Below are positions 9,031-18,279 of a stretch of DNA of 64,000 bases, piece after piece. The position numbers and the translations under genes are program-made. This DNA is from Thermodesulfobacteriota bacterium. Lineage in GTDB: Bacteria; Desulfobacterota; Desulfarculia; JACQYL01. The stretch's first letter is position 1, and every line of letters starts with the position of its first letter. Under the pieces are notes generated by a model. The model was not told where the DNA came from, did not search any database, and worked only from the letters and a program-made list of their open reading frames with translations. The DNA lies in the NCBI GenBank assembly GCA_963675595.2, contig CAXXLZ010000002.1, forward strand, positions 3,840,001-3,904,000. Reading direction: 5' to 3'.

Positions 9031-11061
9031 TCAGGGACGATCGGGACCCGAGGCGTCGATTCCGTTGAGCAATCCGTTGATCGCGATGCCCAGCACGGGC
9101 GGAATCTTGGTGGAGGTTATGAGTTGATGCCAGTCGTCGATTTTTTCTCCGGAGATTTCTTCCGCCACGCTGTGGCTCCATAGTTCGAAAGCTCCCAAGT
9201 CCACGGCAAGTCCCCGCTCGCGGGCGTCGCTGATTGCCAATGCGGACTCCACAAATGCGGCGTACCTGGGATGGAGCAGAATTTCCTGGAGCTTTGCCAG
9301 GCGCGGCAGAGGATCGACTTCGGCGGCACAAGTAGTGGGCGAAAGAAGGCCGTAAAGGTCGATGTGCCTTTCCTGAATTCTTTGAAACACGTTTCGTGAG
9401 GCGAATAGGCCGTTTTGACGTCCAACGGCCTCGGTGACCGCTTCATAAACGGCTTTGGCGATGAGTTCGCCGAGTTTGCTGTGGCCGCCCGTATTGTCCA
9501 CCGGAACGCCTCGGCCTTCGACCACCAGGACCTCGTCGGTGCCCGTTCCCGTAGCTTGCCATTGAGCGGGATTGTAGGTGCTGCGAATGTCCATATCCTG
9601 GAGTGCCGCGGTCTTGGCCTCCGTGACGGTGATGACGGCTCGCGTCATGGCCCTGGGAGAAAGCTTCAGGTTGGTGAGAACGAGTATGTTGATGGTGCCG
9701 GGCTCATAGAAAAGCCCTTCGTCCATGGACGTGCGCACCGCGTTGGATTGAACTCCGGCGGTGGCGAGGACGTAGACGGTCATGTCCTTGTAAGCGGCCT
9801 TGCGGACCGAGAGGTTCTTCATGTCCGCCCCGGTGAACAGAAGAGAGGTGTCCTCGGGTGATCTTCCGAGGTTCTTGAAGACTTCATCCTTCCAGGAATC
9901 GAAACCGAGACGATGGCTGATGCTCCAGGCGGGAGGGGGGTAGGAATGGTTTCCCGCATACGTGATCCCCTCGCGCGCCCCTTCAAGGGTGGACACCACA
10001 CGCATGGGTTCGGTGAATTCGATCAACAGGGTCTTGGAAACGAAATCAAACATTCTCGCGTGCTCCACGCGAGCGGAACGAACATAAGGGAGAGGTATGT
10101 CCAAAGGCCTTTCTTCCAGCTTTCGCTCTTCCAGTACGAGCTCGGATTTCGATGCGAAATCCTCATCATAAACGACGGAAGCGAGCCACGCGGCGAACTT
10201 GCCCACATTTACCGAGGCCCGACAGGTCAGTTCGCAAGGGAAGTAGTACACATTTCCGGTACGCACGGCTTCCACGTCCTTCCACCCGGGGAGCCTGGAG
10301 ATCATCTCCTCGACCGCTCTATCGCCCCCGCAGCCGTAAACAACCTGAGGGTCGAATTGTTTCCATTCCTCATAGGTCATTTCAGTGATGTTGCCGTTCC
10401 TTCCGAGTTGCGGGGGAATTCCTCCGGCGGCGCGAATGAGATCGTTTTGAAAGGAATCGTCACCTGGAGTCATGACGCGTTCCCGGCCCATCAGACGCAT
10501 GACCCTTTTTCTCCTGTCCTTGGGGATTTTTGCGACTTTCTTCGAGACCAAGTCCAGTTCGCCCCGGATGTTGCCACAGAGCGTTTCCGCCTCCGATTCC
10601 TTCGAAAACATTCGGCCCAGAAGCTGCAGTTGGTCGAAGACATTGGAGAGGTCCCGGGGGTCCAGTTGGATCATGACGACGTTTCGGTTTGCGAAGTGCT
10701 CCCTCACTCGGGAATGAAGCGAGGACAGGAAGATCACGTCCGGGTCCGCCGCTTCGATGGCGGAAATGGAAGGGCCGAAGAACCCGCCCACGAACCGCAC
10801 CGGGCAATTCCCCACGAGGCGGGCGTCATGGAAGGTTGCTCCGCAAACGGCATCGGCGGCGCCCAGGGCGAAAATCATTTCGGTGATGGTGGGAACCAGC
10901 GAGACCACTCGAGTCGGTGGTGCCGACAGGGAGATTAGATTGCCGCGGGAATCGACGAATTCGATGCTCGATCCCAAAACGGTATGGACGGTTCCGACCT
11001 GACAGATCAAAAAGACGATCAGGAATAGACAGGGGACGAGGGTTTTCGAGAGTCTCTTCAT
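9031..11061 (-). CDS. cbiZ: Periplasmic BtuF-like binding protein fused to adenosylcobinamide amidohydrolase (CbiZ)
   Basis: Signal-like N-terminus, RVVSLVPTITEMIFALG and AVRTGNVY (helical-backbone metal receptor), then GTINI, TEAKTAAL, ATGTGTD (CbiZ). ATG at 11061 has an AGGAGG RBS. Confidence 0.82.
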   Translation of the reverse strand: MKRLSKTLVPCLFLIVFLICQVGTVHTVLGSSIEFVDSRGNLISLSAPPTRVVSLVPTITEMIFALGAADAVCGATFHDARLVGNCPVRFVGGFFGPSISAIEAADPDVIFLSSLHSRVREHFANRNVVMIQLDPRDLSNVFDQLQLLGRMFSKESEAETLCGNIRGELDLVSKKVAKIPKDRRKRVMRLMGRERVMTPGDDSFQNDLIRAAGGIPPQLGRNGNITEMTYEEWKQFDPQVVYGCGGDRAVEEMISRLPGWKDVEAVRTGNVYYFPCELTCRASVNVGKFAAWLASVVYDEDFASKSELVLEERKLEERPLDIPLPYVRSARVEHARMFDFVSKTLLIEFTEPMRVVSTLEGAREGITYAGNHSYPPPAWSISHRLGFDSWKDEVFKNLGRSPEDTSLLFTGADMKNLSVRKAAYKDMTVYVLATAGVQSNAVRTSMDEGLFYEPGTINILVLTNLKLSPRAMTRAVITVTEAKTAALQDMDIRSTYNPAQWQATGTGTDEVLVVEGRGVPVDNTGGHSKLGELIAKAVYEAVTEAVGRQNGLFASRNVFQRIQERHIDLYGLLSPTTCAAEVDPLPRLAKLQEILLHPRYAAFVESALAISDARERGLAVDLGAFELWSHSVAEEISGEKIDDWHQLITSTKIPPVLGIAINGLLNGIDASGPDRP

Positions 11062-11190
11062 AGGGAGGCCTCCTGCACAACGATTGGAAATGATATAGAT
11101 ATTCTTCACGGATTCCGTTCGAACGGTATACCGAGACGGATGTGAAACGCAACGGGGGAACCGCACGCGGGGGGAAGGTGTGCGTCTTTT

Positions 11191-11541
11191 CTATCTGCTT
11201 TCTTCCGGAACGTATACCATACTGCCGTCTTCGAGCCGGTACGCGGTTCCAAGCCTTTCTCCCCGTCCTTCCGCTTGGGTCCGCGTGACCTTTACCGCAT
11301 CCAGTTTCTTGCCCTTTTTGGTGATGATTTCCAGCTCCCCTTGGGCGTTTTGCTTCATGAGCGTGAATTCGGATTTTTCGGACAACAGGTCGGTCAGGCG
11401 GTACGCGCTGAAAAGCATGACCAGAATGCCCACGATGAACACGAGGCCCAGATCGAAAAGGTTCGCCACGCCGCTCATGGGGTCATTGTCTTCTAAATCA
11501 TACTCGCGCAGGTTTCGTTTCCGGGGCGCCATTGGATGCAC
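11191..11541 (-). CDS. DUF2149 family protein (HmuV-like)
   Basis: DPMSGVANLFDLGLVF and GEGRGERLGTAYRLEDGSMVYVPE-type signature (AEGRGERLG here); follows the ExbB-like gene. Confidence 0.85.
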   Translation of the reverse strand: MHPMAPRKRNLREYDLEDNDPMSGVANLFDLGLVFIVGILVMLFSAYRLTDLLSEKSEFTLMKQNAQGELEIITKKGKKLDAVKVTRTQAEGRGERLGTAYRLEDGSMVYVPEESR

Positions 11542-12139
11542 TCTCTTCCGCGGTTGTGGCTGATACCATGAACTCCATGGTCCCGATGTCCTTCTGAATC
11601 CATCTCTTTTTGAGCGTAAAGAAAAGATACGCGCAGAGCCCCTGGGCCAGTCCCACCACCGTGGTGGTAAACGCGATGACGAGGTCCGAAGAGAGCCGAG
11701 TGACGTCTCCCTGGGCCAGAGCCGCCAAACCGGTCCCCATGGGGATCAGGGTTCCCATGAGCCCGAGTCCCGGTCCGATGCGGATCATCATCTTGATTCC
11801 GTCCAAGGTCTTCCAAAGTCCGTCGGCGGCTTCCTGAAACGTCAACTCAATGAGTGATTCCCGAAGGGCGCCCGGCTGTTCTCTGAGTGAATTCAGCCTT
11901 CGAGCAAAATCGACGACGTAATGGGAGTGACGCTTCTCGGCGTGCCCCGTCTCGGCCATGTGTATCAGGTCTTGCGGAGTGCAGGGTTTGAGCCGGGTCC
12001 GCTCGATCCATTCCGAGAATACCGATCCGCCCCGGTAAAGAATCCATAAGGTCAGGAGGGACAGGAGAATCAGGACGGGATAGAGAAGCGACTGGGCGAT
12101 GAGGTAGATGAACGAGCTCAGCAACGCGCCTATTTGCAT
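11498..12139 (-). CDS. MotA/TolQ/ExbB proton channel family protein (HmuU-like)
   Basis: RIGPGLGLMGTLIPM and AFTTTVVGL motifs. True start is MQIGALL at 12139; the longer ORF overlaps DUF2162. Confidence 0.88.
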   Translation of the reverse strand: MQIGALLSSFIYLIAQSLLYPVLILLSLLTLWILYRGGSVFSEWIERTRLKPCTPQDLIHMAETGHAEKRHSHYVVDFARRLNSLREQPGALRESLIELTFQEAADGLWKTLDGIKMMIRIGPGLGLMGTLIPMGTGLAALAQGDVTRLSSDLVIAFTTTVVGLAQGLCAYLFFTLKKRWIQKDIGTMEFMVSATTAEESASNGAPETKPARV

Positions 12140-12141
12140 GC

Positions 12142-12885
12142 TTATGATCTCCCCATCCGGAAGCGTTTGATAATCCCTCCTGATACGAAGAATACCGCCG
12201 CCAGGGAAGCGGCGAGAGCGGGTTTGGCGACGGATTGCGTTTCCGGGTTCCCATAGCGGACGGCGAGGCGATAGACGCGGTCCAGGTTTTGATAATGGGG
12301 CATTACACAGGCCGTGACGAGGAAATAGGCCGAAGCGATCAGCATGGCTGTTCCAAGGACGGATGCCGGTCGAACACCCGTAATTCGGGACCATAGTGTC
12401 AAGGTGGCGGAGGAAAGGAGGCTGAGTCCCAGAAAGGCCGCGTATGAGATAGCCAACACTCGGACGGATGCCTCGGGAAAATAGGAAAGCAGAAAAGAAA
12501 TCGACACAAATAGGACGATGAGGCACATGGGACACGGCAAAGCCAAACCGAGCCATGCATGGCTGTGTTCTCCGGAGCGCGAATCGCCCTTCAACAAGTA
12601 GATGCCCCAGACCGTCAGTCCGACGGCGATGATGATGTGGATCAGGTGGCCGGAGCGGAGAAAGAGCGTGAACGTCTCGAAATGCCTCATGAGGTTCCAT
12701 TCCTTCAGCACGACCCCGGATCCGGCAAAAAGGATCAAGTAGGTCAGCGCATACAAAGAAGTTACCACGGTCTTGCGAGCAAAGCCCGACTCGCGCTGGA
12801 GTCTGTAAAAGAGCCCGGCCCCTCCTTTGACGGCGAACACGCCAAAGGAAAACAGTAGACCAAGAAAGATGCTTTCGAGTTCCAT
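12142..12885 (-). CDS. DUF2162 family membrane protein (HmuT-like)
   Basis: Multi-TM protein with FAVKGGAGL and LPCPMC motifs; first gene of the DUF2162-ExbB-DUF2149-CobN cluster. Confidence 0.8.
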   Translation of the reverse strand: MELESIFLGLLFSFGVFAVKGGAGLFYRLQRESGFARKTVVTSLYALTYLILFAGSGVVLKEWNLMRHFETFTLFLRSGHLIHIIIAVGLTVWGIYLLKGDSRSGEHSHAWLGLALPCPMCLIVLFVSISFLLSYFPEASVRVLAISYAAFLGLSLLSSATLTLWSRITGVRPASVLGTAMLIASAYFLVTACVMPHYQNLDRVYRLAVRYGNPETQSVAKPALAASLAAVFFVSGGIIKRFRMGRS

Positions 12886-12981
12886 GTCTTGTTCTCTTTC
12901 CCCTACCAAGAGGAACAATACTTGATGCCGTCGTAAGAACCCCCCTTTACGAACAGGGCTGTTTTTTGGAGCATTGGAAGT

Positions 12982-14691
12982 TCAAGCGGCCATTGCAACA
13001 CTGCCAAGGTTACTGTCATCGTGACATAGGCTACAAAGACGACGGAAATTATCGTTGCTGCCTCCCTCTATCGAGTTGGAAAGGGCCTTCTTGGCCTTAT
13101 CAAGGCGGCTCTGGACGAACCTCTTGATGTTGATGGCCAGGGCCTTCATGAAAACAGATAAGGTGACCCGTTTTTTGCCTCGGGTCCACGATCGTTTCAA
13201 TCCCGTGACCCGATCCGCTTCGGAGATGGTGGCCTCGATGCCGGACCGGATTTTGTAGCGTTCTTTGAAATCATGGCTTTCCTGCTGTAGTCTGCGCTTG
13301 GAGGTCGCCATGTCCTTGCGCTTGTACTTCAGTCGATAATTTCCGCCCTTGATCCGTTTTACCGGACAGATGGGGAGAAATTCGCATAGGAGACAGTGCT
13401 CGCGGGAAAACACGGCTTCCACCGCTTTGCCGCGGTCAACGATCTTGCATTCAAGTGGCGCGTGCCCCCGGATACAGTAAACGACCTGGGTGCAGTCCTC
13501 GTTCGTTTCAAAGTCACTCAACTGCATCTTATTGAGATCCGGCGCTTTTCCGCAAGTCACCGGAGCGGTAAGCTCGACTCCGTGCTCGTGAGCTTGAAGG
13601 ATGTTCTCGCCGCTGCCGTAGCCTGCGTCGGCGAACAACTCTTCGGGTTTGCGGCCCGTTTCCTCCAGGCGTTCGATAACGGGCATCACGTCTTTCTGGT
13701 CGCTGTCATAGGAAGGGGCCACGTCCACATCGGTGATCACCTGGAAGGGATTTTCCTTCACGCAGGTCTCCGTGAGGGAAGCCTTATATCCTTTGCCCTT
13801 GCGCCCATAGGTGGCGTCGGGATCCGAAGGATTCTGCAGGGAGTCCGCAGGGATTTCCTTGGGCTTCTCGAGTTCTGTTTTGTCGGGATCTCCCTCGGTG
13901 AAACGGCATTGCTCCGACAGTAGTCGGGCCATCAGCCGGTATTCTTTCATTCGGCTGATTTCCGGATGACCTCGGAAGCGGTCCACCAGGTCGGCGAGAT
14001 GGCGGGCGGACTTGTCCAGACGACGCTTGGCCCGCGATGATTTTGCATCGGCAAAATAGCCTGCGCGCTTCAAGTAGGCCTTGTCGTAAAGTCGGGGCAG
14101 TTTCTCATACAACTTGGGATGTTTCTTATGGAGCCGTTTCAAGAACGCCTCGATGGTGCGCGTAAAGAGCCCCAGACGGCTCAGATGAGCCATGTTGGAA
14201 GTGATCTGTGTGGAGTCCAACCGCTGTTTGTCCGTGCTAAGGGCCGCCGTCTCGATGATGGCGTCCGTGATTCCGGTAAAGAGGCTCCGCGCTTGCTTGT
14301 TGTCGGTAATCAAGGTCCGGAAATTGTGCAGGGTCTTCTGGCAGACGTGAGATTCAAAGGCGTTGATGTTGAAGGCATATTGCCAACGCAGATCGAAGTC
14401 CAGAGCGCCCAAGACTTCCGCATCGGTCAGGCTGTTCATTTCCTTCAAAACACACGCTCCGACAAGGATGGCCACGGGTCTGTTGGGCCTGCCGTTGTCC
14501 TCACAGTAGAAAGGCCGGAAAGACTCCTCATCGATCATGGGAAGCACCAGGCGCCGGAACGGACCGGCCCACGTCTTCTCCAACGCCTCGATCCTGTCTG
14601 CGGGAAGGCAAATATCGTGGTCGAAAATGGTCTTTTGCGTTCTCTTAGGCCGAAACAAAACAACCCCCCTAAGGACCATATTATTAATCAA
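12982..14691 (-). CDS. DDE transposase (IS1182-like: DUF772 + DDE domains)
   Basis: DNGRPNRP, RLDSTQITSNM, DPDATYGRK, FADAGYGS, YKIRSGIEATISE. The real start may be the TTG at 14658, which has a GGGGG RBS. Confidence 0.9.
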   Translation of the reverse strand: MINNMVLRGVVLFRPKRTQKTIFDHDICLPADRIEALEKTWAGPFRRLVLPMIDEESFRPFYCEDNGRPNRPVAILVGACVLKEMNSLTDAEVLGALDFDLRWQYAFNINAFESHVCQKTLHNFRTLITDNKQARSLFTGITDAIIETAALSTDKQRLDSTQITSNMAHLSRLGLFTRTIEAFLKRLHKKHPKLYEKLPRLYDKAYLKRAGYFADAKSSRAKRRLDKSARHLADLVDRFRGHPEISRMKEYRLMARLLSEQCRFTEGDPDKTELEKPKEIPADSLQNPSDPDATYGRKGKGYKASLTETCVKENPFQVITDVDVAPSYDSDQKDVMPVIERLEETGRKPEELFADAGYGSGENILQAHEHGVELTAPVTCGKAPDLNKMQLSDFETNEDCTQVVYCIRGHAPLECKIVDRGKAVEAVFSREHCLLCEFLPICPVKRIKGGNYRLKYKRKDMATSKRRLQQESHDFKERYKIRSGIEATISEADRVTGLKRSWTRGKKRVTLSVFMKALAINIKRFVQSRLDKAKKALSNSIEGGSNDNFRRLCSLCHDDSNLGSVAMAA

Positions 14692-14702
14692 GTCAGATAC
14701 TT

Positions 14703-14730
14703 ATCATACAGGACCCAAAAGAAAGGTCAA
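14703..14730 (-). promoter_or_regulatory. Putative sigma70 promoter of the transposase (also at 16586-16613 in copy 2)
   Basis: Minus strand TTGACC-N16-TATGAT inside the IS end, upstream of the transposase. Confidence 0.55.
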
Positions 14731-14806
14731 CCCATAAATGCCATTTTTATTCATATTTTCAACTAGATACCTTTACGGAGAGGTTTTTACGAACTCATCA
14801 ATACTT

Positions 14807-16682
14807 GATGCCGTCGTAAGAACCCCCCTTTACGAACAGGGCTGTTTTTTGGAGCATTGGAAGTTCAAGCGGCCATTGCAACACTGCCAAGGTTACTGTC
14901 ATCGTGACATAGGCTACAAAGACGACGGAAATTATCGTTGCTGCCTCCCTCTATCGAGTTGGAAAGGGCCTTCTTGGCCTTATCAAGGCGGCTCTGGACG
15001 AACCTCTTGATGTTGATGGCCAGGGCCTTCATGAAAACAGATAAGGTGACCCGTTTTTTGCCTCGGGTCCACGATCGTTTCAATCCCGTGACCCGATCCG
15101 CTTCGGAGATGGTGGCCTCGATGCCGGACCGGATTTTGTAGCGTTCTTTGAAATCATGGCTTTCCTGCTGTAGTCTGCGCTTGGAGGTCGCCATGTCCTT
15201 GCGCTTGTACTTCAGTCGATAATTTCCGCCCTTGATCCGTTTTACCGGACAGATGGGGAGAAATTCGCATAGGAGACAGTGCTCGCGGGAAAACACGGCT
15301 TCCACCGCTTTGCCGCGGTCAACGATCTTGCATTCAAGTGGCGCGTGCCCCCGGATACAGTAAACGACCTGGGTGCAGTCCTCGTTCGTTTCAAAGTCAC
15401 TCAACTGCATCTTATTGAGATCCGGCGCTTTTCCGCAAGTCACCGGAGCGGTAAGCTCGACTCCGTGCTCGTGAGCTTGAAGGATGTTCTCGCCGCTGCC
15501 GTAGCCTGCGTCGGCGAACAACTCTTCGGGTTTGCGGCCCGTTTCCTCCAGGCGTTCGATAACGGGCATCACGTCTTTCTGGTCGCTGTCATAGGAAGGG
15601 GCCACGTCCACATCGGTGATCACCTGGAAGGGATTTTCCTTCACGCAGGTCTCCGTGAGGGAAGCCTTATATCCTTTGCCCTTGCGCCCATAGGTGGCGT
15701 CGGGATCCGAAGGATTCTGCAGGGAGTCCGCAGGGATTTCCTTGGGCTTCTCGAGTTCTGTTTTGTCGGGATCTCCCTCGGTGAAACGGCATTGCTCCGA
15801 CAGTAGTCGGGCCATCAGCCGGTATTCTTTCATTCGGCTGATTTCCGGATGACCTCGGAAGCGGTCCACCAGGTCGGCGAGATGGCGGGCGGACTTGTCC
15901 AGACGACGCTTGGCCCGCGATGATTTTGCATCGGCAAAATAGCCTGCGCGCTTCAAGTAGGCCTTGTCGTAAAGTCGGGGCAGTTTCTCATACAACTTGG
16001 GATGTTTCTTATGGAGCCGTTTCAAGAACGCCTCGATGGTGCGCGTAAAGAGCCCCAGACGGCTCAGATGAGCCATGTTGGAAGTGATCTGTGTGGAGTC
16101 CAACCGCTGTTTGTCCGTGCTAAGGGCCGCCGTCTCGATGATGGCGTCCGTGATTCCGGTAAAGAGGCTCCGCGCTTGCTTGTTGTCGGTAATCAAGGTC
16201 CGGAAATTGTGCAGGGTCTTCTGGCAGACGTGAGATTCAAAGGCGTTGATGTTGAAGGCATATTGCCAACGCAGATCGAAGTCCAGAGCGCCCAAGACTT
16301 CCGCATCGGTCAGGCTGTTCATTTCCTTCAAAACACACGCTCCGACAAGGATGGCCACGGGTCTGTTGGGCCTGCCGTTGTCCTCACAGTAGAAAGGCCG
16401 GAAAGACTCCTCATCGATCATGGGAAGCACCAGGCGCCGGAACGGACCGGCCCACGTCTTCTCCAACGCCTCGATCCTGTCTGCGGGAAGGCAAATATCG
16501 TGGTCGAAAATGGTCTTTTGCGTTCTCTTAGGCCGAAACAAAACAACCCCCCTAAGGACCATATTATTAATCAAGTCAGATACTTATCATACAGGACCCA
16601 AAAGAAAGGTCAACCCATAAATGCCATTTTTATTCATATTTTCAACTAGATACCTTTACGGAGAGGTTTTTACGAACTCATC
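14807..16682 (-). mobile_element. Insertion sequence copy 2, tandem duplicate of copy 1
   Basis: Offset 1883 bp from copy 1, with the same ends and identical transposase translation; followed by a third AATACTT at 16683-16689. Confidence 0.9.
14865..16574 (-). CDS. DDE transposase, second identical copy
   Basis: 569-aa translation identical to 12982..14691. Confidence 0.9.
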   Translation of the reverse strand: MINNMVLRGVVLFRPKRTQKTIFDHDICLPADRIEALEKTWAGPFRRLVLPMIDEESFRPFYCEDNGRPNRPVAILVGACVLKEMNSLTDAEVLGALDFDLRWQYAFNINAFESHVCQKTLHNFRTLITDNKQARSLFTGITDAIIETAALSTDKQRLDSTQITSNMAHLSRLGLFTRTIEAFLKRLHKKHPKLYEKLPRLYDKAYLKRAGYFADAKSSRAKRRLDKSARHLADLVDRFRGHPEISRMKEYRLMARLLSEQCRFTEGDPDKTELEKPKEIPADSLQNPSDPDATYGRKGKGYKASLTETCVKENPFQVITDVDVAPSYDSDQKDVMPVIERLEETGRKPEELFADAGYGSGENILQAHEHGVELTAPVTCGKAPDLNKMQLSDFETNEDCTQVVYCIRGHAPLECKIVDRGKAVEAVFSREHCLLCEFLPICPVKRIKGGNYRLKYKRKDMATSKRRLQQESHDFKERYKIRSGIEATISEADRVTGLKRSWTRGKKRVTLSVFMKALAINIKRFVQSRLDKAKKALSNSIEGGSNDNFRRLCSLCHDDSNLGSVAMAA

Positions 16683-17237
16683 AATACTTAATTAAAAAAG
16701 AAAACCGCGCCGTATGTTATGTGAGTATATGAAGTGATCAGTTACTTGTATCGGCCATTATACTACCTAATCAAATAGGATTGAGGTAGTTATGGGGCGA
16801 AGGCGATATCGTCATCCGGTTTGTTTGTCACGGAACATATCGATGGATAGAATTTGTCCGGATGACGGCCAACGCAACAGCATGTCGTATGGAATTAGAT
16901 ATGTGTTAACTGATAGAATCCACAGCGAAAACCTATTTGTCAATTATTATCATACTCCCTTAAATATTTTGTTTGGACTACCGGTTTGCTTGGGAACTTA
17001 TGGAAATAAGGCAACAAGATACGAGGTACTAATACATGGGAGGAGTATGGACCATGCAAGGGTAGGGGTATCGCGCCGGTCTTCATCGGCGTGATAAACT
17101 CTGATCCGTGTGTTCGGAGCACTGAACGGTTCTTGACGTAGAGGAGGCCGTATGAGGTGGATGCGCCGGGAGGCGCTTAAAGAAGTCTCCTCGTGGCGAC
17201 GGTTGGGCCCGGGGTGGAATCTCGTATCCGGGTGGCT

Positions 17238-18248
17238 TCAGTGGCGGGCGGATCCTAATTTATGTGCGAGCTTGAGCAGGTTTTCCTTGAGTCCCATGGC
17301 GATGAGGGTGTCCCCTACTTCGATGACGGCATCGAAACGAGGATTATACAACATCTTACCGGTCTTCTTCATGATGGCCACGATAATCAGGTCCAGTTCC
17401 TGGCGGATGCCCGAATCCTTGAGCGTGACGTCATGCAATTGGGATTCGGCGCCCACCTGAAGCTCTTCCAGGTTCAGTTCCATGGCCCCTTCCTGGAACA
17501 CGATCTCGACGAAGTTGGTGATGGCCGGACGGAGCAGTTCCTGGGCCATCTTCCTCGCTCCCATGTAATGAGGACTGACCACGCGACTTGCGCCGGCACG
17601 CAGAAGGCGTTTGGATGCGTCCGGTTCACCGGCTCTGGAAAGGATGAATATGTCGGGTCTGATTTCCCTGGCCGTCAGGCAGATGTAGACGTTGTCGGCA
17701 TCTTTGAGAAGGCAGGACACAAGACCGCGAGCTCGCTCGACGCCGGCTTCGCGCAGTGTCTTCTCTTCGGTGGCGTCCCCGATGATGTAGGGAACTTTCA
17801 GCTCTTCGATCTTAGGGAGAAAACTCTCCTCTTTTTCAATGACCACCAAGGGGCGTCCTTCATTCTTGATTTCCCGGCAGATGATTTTTCCGACGCGACC
17901 GAAGCCGCACACAATATAGTGATCTTTTAAGTTTCGGATTTCCTTTTCCAATCTTCTCCTCCCCAGGAGGGCCTGAATCCGGCCTTCCAGCGTAATCTGC
18001 CAGACGGTGCCGAAAATGGAGAGAATGATCCCCACACCCAGCATGATAAAAATGATATTGAAGATTCGCGCCTCGGGGGACAGGGGACGAACTTCGAAGT
18101 AACCCACGGTCGTTACCGTAATCACGGTCATATAGAGGGCGTCGAGAAAGCTCCAACCCTCGAGGGTCATGAATCCTACGATGCCTATGACGAGGACGAC
18201 CAAGGTGAGCAGTCCGACGAACAGGACTTTCTTCATCGGGTTCATCAT
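17238..18248 (-). CDS. Potassium channel family protein (2TM pore + TrkA-N/TrkA-C RCK domains)
   Basis: Pore region DALYMTVITVTTVGYFEV, Rossmann HYIVCGFGRVG, GDAT, C-terminal TrkA-C. Confidence 0.88.
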   Translation of the reverse strand: MMNPMKKVLFVGLLTLVVLVIGIVGFMTLEGWSFLDALYMTVITVTTVGYFEVRPLSPEARIFNIIFIMLGVGIILSIFGTVWQITLEGRIQALLGRRRLEKEIRNLKDHYIVCGFGRVGKIICREIKNEGRPLVVIEKEESFLPKIEELKVPYIIGDATEEKTLREAGVERARGLVSCLLKDADNVYICLTAREIRPDIFILSRAGEPDASKRLLRAGASRVVSPHYMGARKMAQELLRPAITNFVEIVFQEGAMELNLEELQVGAESQLHDVTLKDSGIRQELDLIIVAIMKKTGKMLYNPRFDAVIEVGDTLIAMGLKENLLKLAHKLGSARH

Positions 18249-18279
18249 GGCTTCGGACTGACTTTCGGGGGTTCGGCGT

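Larger units (their letters stand above)
12924..14799 (-). mobile_element. Insertion sequence copy 1, IS1182-like, 1876 bp
   Basis: Imperfect terminal IRs GATGCCGTCGTAAGAAC / GTTTTTACGAACTCATC, flanked by AATACTT at 12917-12923 and 14800-14806; encodes a DDE transposase. Confidence 0.9.

Noticed and set aside
12140-12700. N-terminal extension of the 400-aa ExbB-like ORF
   Set aside because: Overlaps DUF2162 in another frame; the true start is at 12139
16690-17150. Expected cobalamin riboswitch upstream of the corrinoid-related operon
   Set aside because: No B12-box or conserved core recognisable on either strand
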